Positions 51,488-55,701 of a stretch of DNA of 55,701 bases are shown here, one piece after another. The position numbers and the translations under genes were made by a program. Source of the DNA: a virus (Duplodnaviria > Caudoviricetes); IMG/VR virus record IMGVR_UViG_3300023269_000002, positions 1-55,701 of that record, one strand, 5' to 3'. Every line of letters starts with the position of its first letter. Positions within the stretch are counted from its first letter, which is position 1. The notes below the pieces were generated by a model. It saw only the letters and a program-made list of their open reading frames with translations, made no database searches and was not told the DNA's origin.

Positions 51488-51587
51488 TCCTGCGCGCTGG
51501 CGCTGGCTGTTCCATGACCGGGACGAGCGCCCTTTGTCCGGAGTTCTCCTCCGACCCCATGGCCTGCGCTGCGCTGCAACGGTGCCA

Positions 51588-51617
51588 ACCCTACCCGCCC
51601 ACCGTGGGGGGGCGCAA
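51588..51617 (-). promoter_or_regulatory. Operator-spacer promoter driving the non-coding locus
   Basis: TTGCGC-CCCCCCACGGTGGGCGGG(18)-TAGGGT. Confidence 0.75.
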
Positions 51618-51626
51618 GTCGGCAGT

Positions 51627-51803
51627 CTAGTCGGGCAACGCCGGGGGCTCCCAGCCCTCCGGGCGCTCGTTGTCCCGCACGTCTGCCAGCTCGTTCAACT
51701 CGCGCTGACCGGCGCGGGACGATCCGCCCCGGTACTCGGGTGCCTCGCGCGGACCGATCGAGTTCGGCGGCAGACTGACTGCGCGCTCCTCTCGGCGGGT
51801 CAC
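51627..51803 (-). CDS. Small hypothetical protein
   Basis: GTGA overlap. Confidence 0.4.
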   Translation of the reverse strand: MTRREERAVSLPPNSIGPREAPEYRGGSSRAGQRELNELADVRDNERPEGWEPPALPD

Positions 51804-51898
51804 TTGCACGGCCCCATGTGTCCGGCCACGCGCCAGCAGTACGGGCACGTCGGCGGCTCGAGCTGGATGTTCGAGCGCTTGCGCTTGCGCTTGCGCAC
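51800..51898 (-). CDS. Small basic Zn-finger peptide
   Basis: AAGGGA RBS; RKRKRKR...CPYC....H...C. Confidence 0.5.
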   Translation of the reverse strand: MRKRKRKRSNIQLEPPTCPYCWRVAGHMGPCK

Positions 51899-51944
51899 TA
51901 GGTTCCCTTCTCGTTGTCGGGCGATTCGCGAATCACGAATCACG

Positions 51945-52220
51945 TCAGCGGGTGAAGGTCTCGCCCTCGTCCGCCTCGTCCCAGACCTTCTGGCTGGGCG
52001 CGCAGACGTACCACTTGCCCTCGGTCGCGGTGACCCAGAAGCCACCGTAGGTGCACTTCTGGCCGCTGCCGCTGGCCGGGACGTCCGGGCCGAACTTGAG
52101 GCCGATGGTGCCGGTCAGCTTCTCCGGGCCGTCGTCGTTCGCGGCCTCGCCGCACTTCGCCGCCATGAGCAGCGGGGCGGCGAGTGCCAGCGCGAGTGCG
52201 ATCCTCTTGCGGGTGATCAT
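51945..52220 (-). CDS. Putative lipoprotein
   Basis: MITRKRIALALALAAPLLMAAK-C signal with lipobox-like Cys; GAGGA RBS. Confidence 0.7.
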   Translation of the reverse strand: MITRKRIALALALAAPLLMAAKCGEAANDDGPEKLTGTIGLKFGPDVPASGSGQKCTYGGFWVTATEGKWYVCAPSQKVWDEADEGETFTR

Positions 52221-52257
52221 TCGGGAAGTTCCTCTCGGTTGCTTGCCGTGCTCCGCA

Positions 52258-52287
52258 ACCGTACCCCCCATCGTTGGGGGGTGTCAA
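52258..52287 (-). promoter_or_regulatory. Operator-spacer promoter
   Basis: TTGACA-CCCCCCAACGATGGGGGG(18)-TACGGT. Confidence 0.85.
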
Positions 52288-52294
52288 GTCGGAA

Positions 52295-52621
52295 CTAGTC
52301 GCCGCCGTACCCCCAGTAGGCATCGACGTTGCGAGCGAACGCCAGCGCTGCGCGGGCGACCTCGCCGCTGGTGCGCGGGTCGTCGAACTTTGCGGCCTGC
52401 TCGGAACGGGTGATGTCCACATAGGCACCGCGGCTGTCCCGCATGGCGATCGTAAGCACGGCATTGTTCCCGGACATCGCCGACCAGGACGCGCGGATGC
52501 GGAATAACCCGGTCGTCAGCGTGTACGTGGATCGGCCGCTCCGGGTCTTGTGCCCGAACCCGTAGTCCTCGAGTGCCGCGATGGCTCCCTTGCGCGGGAG
52601 GGCGACTGCTGCAGTTTCCAT
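52295..52621 (-). CDS. Hypothetical protein (leaderless)
   Basis: ATG 6 nt after TACCGT. Confidence 0.65.
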   Translation of the reverse strand: METAAVALPRKGAIAALEDYGFGHKTRSGRSTYTLTTGLFRIRASWSAMSGNNAVLTIAMRDSRGAYVDITRSEQAAKFDDPRTSGEVARAALAFARNVDAYWGYGGD

Positions 52622-52627
52622 GTCACC

Positions 52628-52657
52628 ACGGTAACACCCCCCACGGTGGGGGGTCTA
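52628..52657 (-). promoter_or_regulatory. Operator with extended -10 promoter
   Basis: TAG-ACCCCCCACCGTGGGGGGT-GT-TACCGT-6 nt-ATG. Confidence 0.75.
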
Positions 52658-53098
52658 GATGGGGAGGCCGAGCGCCGTCCGCTTGGCGACCATGTTGCGC
52701 ACCGTGGCCGTGTCCTCGCGGTACATCCGCCCCGACGGCGAGCGCCAGCGGGTGCCGGACTGGTCGGTCATCTTCGACCAGTCCGCAGGCGAGTGGGTGC
52801 GCCGGGTGTTCGGGTTGCGCGGCCGGCGGATGCGCTGCTGTGGCGCGGCCGCCAGGGGGTCGCCGGGCACGTGCGCCGTGAGCGCGTCCAGGTCGTAGAC
52901 CTCGGCGCGGGCCCGCGCGTAGGACGCGATCTGCACCTCCTGAAAGGCCGTGTGCAGGCTGCGCAGGACGTCGCCGGGGTTTGCTGCCACAGCAGCCCAG
53001 CCGCGCGCCTGCGGGCTGCTGAACCGGTAGCCGCCGGTCGGCAGGGTCTCGACCTGCAGCATGATCGCGGACGGCTGGTGTGGAACTCGGCGGGTCAT
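52655..53098 (-). CDS. Hypothetical protein downstream of terminase
   Basis: ATGA overlap with terL; W.SPSGR.Y motif. Confidence 0.7.
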   Translation of the reverse strand: MTRRVPHQPSAIMLQVETLPTGGYRFSSPQARGWAAVAANPGDVLRSLHTAFQEVQIASYARARAEVYDLDALTAHVPGDPLAAAPQQRIRRPRNPNTRRTHSPADWSKMTDQSGTRWRSPSGRMYREDTATVRNMVAKRTALGLPI

Positions 53099-54894
53099 CG
53101 CCACCCCCTGCTGCCGACGCTGGTCGTGGGCACCTGCTGCGCCTGGCGGACACCCCCGTGCCGCTGCAGGTCCGGGCCGGACGCCCGCTGCAGTGAGCCG
53201 CCGTCGGAGCGCGACAGCTCCGTGAGCAGGTGGACGTTCGCGTCCATCCGGTTGGGCGACTTCTGGGTGACCTGCCACGTGGACATTTCGTGTTCGAGCT
53301 GGGCGAGGTGCCCGACGTGGGACACCTCGCGGTTGTCGTACAGCGGGGCGATGAACTCGGCGCGCTGCGTCTTGCTGCCCTTCGCCGTGACCGACTTGAG
53401 CGGGGGCCCCGTGCGCGGGGCAGAGCGGATGGCTCGCACGTACGGCCAGAGCTGGACCAGCTTCTGCCGCTGCGCCATCGCGTCCTGCTTGTCGTCCTCC
53501 TCGCGGGCGAGCATCTCGCAGGCGACCACCAGCACGGCGGCACGCGGGTGCTGATCGCGCTCCGGGAACACGGCGTCTTCCCCGTGCACGTGCTTCCACG
53601 CGGCGACCAGCACGCGCGCCTCCTCGCGGACGCGCTTCCACGTCGAGGCCGCCGAGCGGCGAAGGCCCGAGAGGCTGGCCTCCCAGCACACGGCGGAGGC
53701 GTCGAACTCGAAGCACGCGAGGTAGGCGCGCCGGAACCACTGGTCGATCGTGTAGTGCCCTGACCAGTCGGCGAGCACGGCATACCGGCCGTCGGTCGAC
53801 ACGCCGCCGACGATGATGCCAGCCTCGTCGCCGTCGCCCTCGTTGTCCGCGGGGTCCACCATCACGAGGGTGCGCTTCATCGGCGGCCGCTCGGTGAGCC
53901 GGTCGCGCCGGAACCACTCGCGCTGGAACACCCCGCCCGCGGGCGGAGCCGGGCGCTGCTGGTACATCGCGAACCACCAGCGCGAAGTGCCGCGGCCCTG
54001 GGCTTTCTTGATCTTCTCCCAGTCCTCGGCGGTCCGACCTCGAGCCGAGACCATGAACTCGCCCGGCTTGCGGCCGAGGGGGTCCTCGCCGATCGGGGGC
54101 TGCGCCTCCGGGTCCGGCTTCATCGCCTGCGCGGCGACGGCCACCTTCCGCCAGGCGGGTGCGTCCGGGTCGTCCTCGGCCTCGAGCCACCCCGCGAGAT
54201 CCTGCTCGTGCCACCTGGTCTGAACCACGATCACGATCGCGTCGGAGGACAGGCGGGTCGACGCGACGGCGAGATACCAGTCGATGACGTTCTGCCGGAT
54301 CTTCGGGGAGTCCGCGGCCTGCGCGTCCTTGATCGGGTCGTCGATGAACAGGACGTCCGCCGGACGCCCGGTGAAGCCGGAGCCCACACCGACGCTGATC
54401 ACACCTCCGGGCAGCGGCAACGTGGGCGTCTTCGCGAGAGCCCACTTCGTCGCCTCGCCGCGGACCGGGTCCAGCGCGAGGCCGAGGACGTCCTTACGGT
54501 CCGCGTCGCGGCGAGCGCCGAGGTAGCCGGAGCCGTGCGTCTCGAGGTACTGGCGCACGGCGAGGCCGGACACGCGGGCGAGCGACTGCTCGTAGGAGGC
54601 GAACGCGATGCGCCTGGTCGGGTCGCGCAGCAGCAGCCACAGCGCGGCCGCCTGGGCGCGGGTGCTCTTGCCCTCCTGCGGGGGGCAGTTGATGATCCAA
54701 CGCCGCTGCTCGCCCTTGTCGGCGAGGACGATGGCCTCGTCGAACTTGTCCAGCATCGGGGTCTGGACCGTGTCGTTTCGGACGAAGCGCGCCAGCTCGC
54801 CGGGGGTGGGGAAGCGGAGCAGGGTCTCGTTCGGCTTCGGGTTCACCCGTTGTTCGAACCGGTCCGCGAGGCGCGAGAACAGCGCGGACGTCAC
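53095..54894 (-). CDS. terL: Terminase large subunit
   Basis: INCPPQEGKS (Walker A), TGRPADVLFIDDPIKD, QTRWH..DL.G, YQQ.P, nuclease VDPA...DEAG...PNR.DA. Confidence 0.93.
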   Translation of the reverse strand: MTSALFSRLADRFEQRVNPKPNETLLRFPTPGELARFVRNDTVQTPMLDKFDEAIVLADKGEQRRWIINCPPQEGKSTRAQAAALWLLLRDPTRRIAFASYEQSLARVSGLAVRQYLETHGSGYLGARRDADRKDVLGLALDPVRGEATKWALAKTPTLPLPGGVISVGVGSGFTGRPADVLFIDDPIKDAQAADSPKIRQNVIDWYLAVASTRLSSDAIVIVVQTRWHEQDLAGWLEAEDDPDAPAWRKVAVAAQAMKPDPEAQPPIGEDPLGRKPGEFMVSARGRTAEDWEKIKKAQGRGTSRWWFAMYQQRPAPPAGGVFQREWFRRDRLTERPPMKRTLVMVDPADNEGDGDEAGIIVGGVSTDGRYAVLADWSGHYTIDQWFRRAYLACFEFDASAVCWEASLSGLRRSAASTWKRVREEARVLVAAWKHVHGEDAVFPERDQHPRAAVLVVACEMLAREEDDKQDAMAQRQKLVQLWPYVRAIRSAPRTGPPLKSVTAKGSKTQRAEFIAPLYDNREVSHVGHLAQLEHEMSTWQVTQKSPNRMDANVHLLTELSRSDGGSLQRASGPDLQRHGGVRQAQQVPTTSVGSRGWR

Positions 54895-54895
54895 G

Positions 54896-55468
54896 TCAGC
54901 TCGCAGCCAGCGCGCGCAGGTGCACGACGGTCGCGCCGATGGTCTTCTCCATCAGCGCTGGCGGCAGGTGGGCGTCGTACATTCCGGCCATGAGCGCCTG
55001 CTCGACCAGCTCGGCCTGCCGCTCGCTGATGCGCACGAGGCGCGCGTCGATGTCGAGCCGGGCCATCGCCGTGAGCACGCTCGCGGCACGATCCATCGAG
55101 CGTTCAAACAGGAGGACTTCGCCGCGAATCTGCTCGGTGTCGATGCCGCGGTAACGCACCTCGGCCAGGTCGTTGACCATCTTCTGCATGACCTTCTGCC
55201 AGGCGAGCACCGTGCCTGCCAGGTCGTGCAGCGCCTGCAGCGGGTTCTCGACGGGCTCGATCTTCATCTTCCGGAGCAGGCGCAGCGCGCCCTCCTCGAC
55301 GCGCTCCTCCTCGAGGTGTGCCGCGGCCTTCGCCTTCACCTGCGGCGAGCGTCCACCGTGGAAGCGGCAGCGGTTGGTGCCCTTCTCCGGCCACTGCCCA
55401 CACGGGTGCTTGTCCTCGGTGCGCGTCTTCGCTCCGCACTTCTGCCGTGGCACGAGCCGATCACTCAT
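54896..55468 (-). CDS. terS: Terminase small subunit (HGG-type Zn motif)
   Basis: CGAKTR....C....RCRFHGG.SP; directly upstream of terL. Confidence 0.75.
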   Translation of the reverse strand: MSDRLVPRQKCGAKTRTEDKHPCGQWPEKGTNRCRFHGGRSPQVKAKAAAHLEEERVEEGALRLLRKMKIEPVENPLQALHDLAGTVLAWQKVMQKMVNDLAEVRYRGIDTEQIRGEVLLFERSMDRAASVLTAMARLDIDARLVRISERQAELVEQALMAGMYDAHLPPALMEKTIGATVVHLRALAAS

Positions 55469-55511
55469 CGTTGGCACGCTCCTCGGTCGAACGGATCTTG
55501 ATGCGTCGAGA

Positions 55512-55564
55512 TTACCCCCCATCGCAGCCCGGTCCCAAGCTGCCGGAGACCAGGCTTCCCGTGT
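55512..55564 (-). CDS. rusA: 3' end of the RusA-like gene across the circular junction
   Basis: In-frame continuation ...HTGSLVSGSLGPGCDGG* ending at TAA 55514-55512. Confidence 0.7.
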
Positions 55565-55701
55565 GGGCGGGCGGGTAGTGCTGCAACGGATTGTCGCCCG
55601 TGGCGTCGTGCACCACCAGCAGCACGCGCGGGCGGTTGCTCTTGAACGGGTCATCGCGCCGGGGCACCACCCGCTGCCAGGTGGTGAGCATGGCGACCGT
55701 T
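55565..55701. repeat. Terminal direct repeat, right copy
   Basis: Matches 1-139 apart from a 2-nt gap; the RusA-like ORF reads in frame across the junction. Confidence 0.92.

Larger units (their letters stand above)
50868..51581 (-). ncRNA. Candidate large structured ncRNA locus
   Basis: Own promoter and terminal hairpin, no credible ORF, many stems, two tRNA-like folds. Confidence 0.55.

Noticed and set aside
4426-52660. Recurring peptide LPPMMGG / TPPTVGG / DTPHGGG in many predicted N-termini
   Set aside because: It is the operator palindrome translated by over-extended ORF calls, not a protein motif.

Overview
Apparently complete, circularly permuted (~55.56 kb unit length) GC-rich siphovirus genome, probably of an actinobacterial host; the first ~139 nt recur at the end. 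The minus strand carries the virion module (portal-MuF, protease, capsid, neck, tail, tape measure), a holin-type membrane cassette, a lambda-O/DnaC-type replication module, a GH25 endolysin, RusA and the terminase. It also carries a 14.5-kb accessory region that separates terminase from portal. The plus strand carries a tandem ribbon-helix-helix protein, ERF, SSB and unknown genes. No integrase, ParA, DNA polymerase or CI-type repressor was recognised. Three non-coding layers stand out. (1) About 19 copies of a palindrome ACCCCCC-N5-GGGGGGT, most of them forming the spacer of TTGACA/TAnnnT promoters that often drive leaderless ATGACGAAC genes. (2) A mirror-symmetric 1.7-kb island of four such cassettes, punctuated by four ATTCAT-N5-ATGAAT palindromes and bounded by a 27-bp inverted repeat. 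(3) An operator-controlled ~700-nt structured non-coding locus with two tRNA-like folds whose anticodon arms are replaced, plus a third tRNA-like fold at 12.8 kb. All product calls come from motif recognition by eye; no database search was run.
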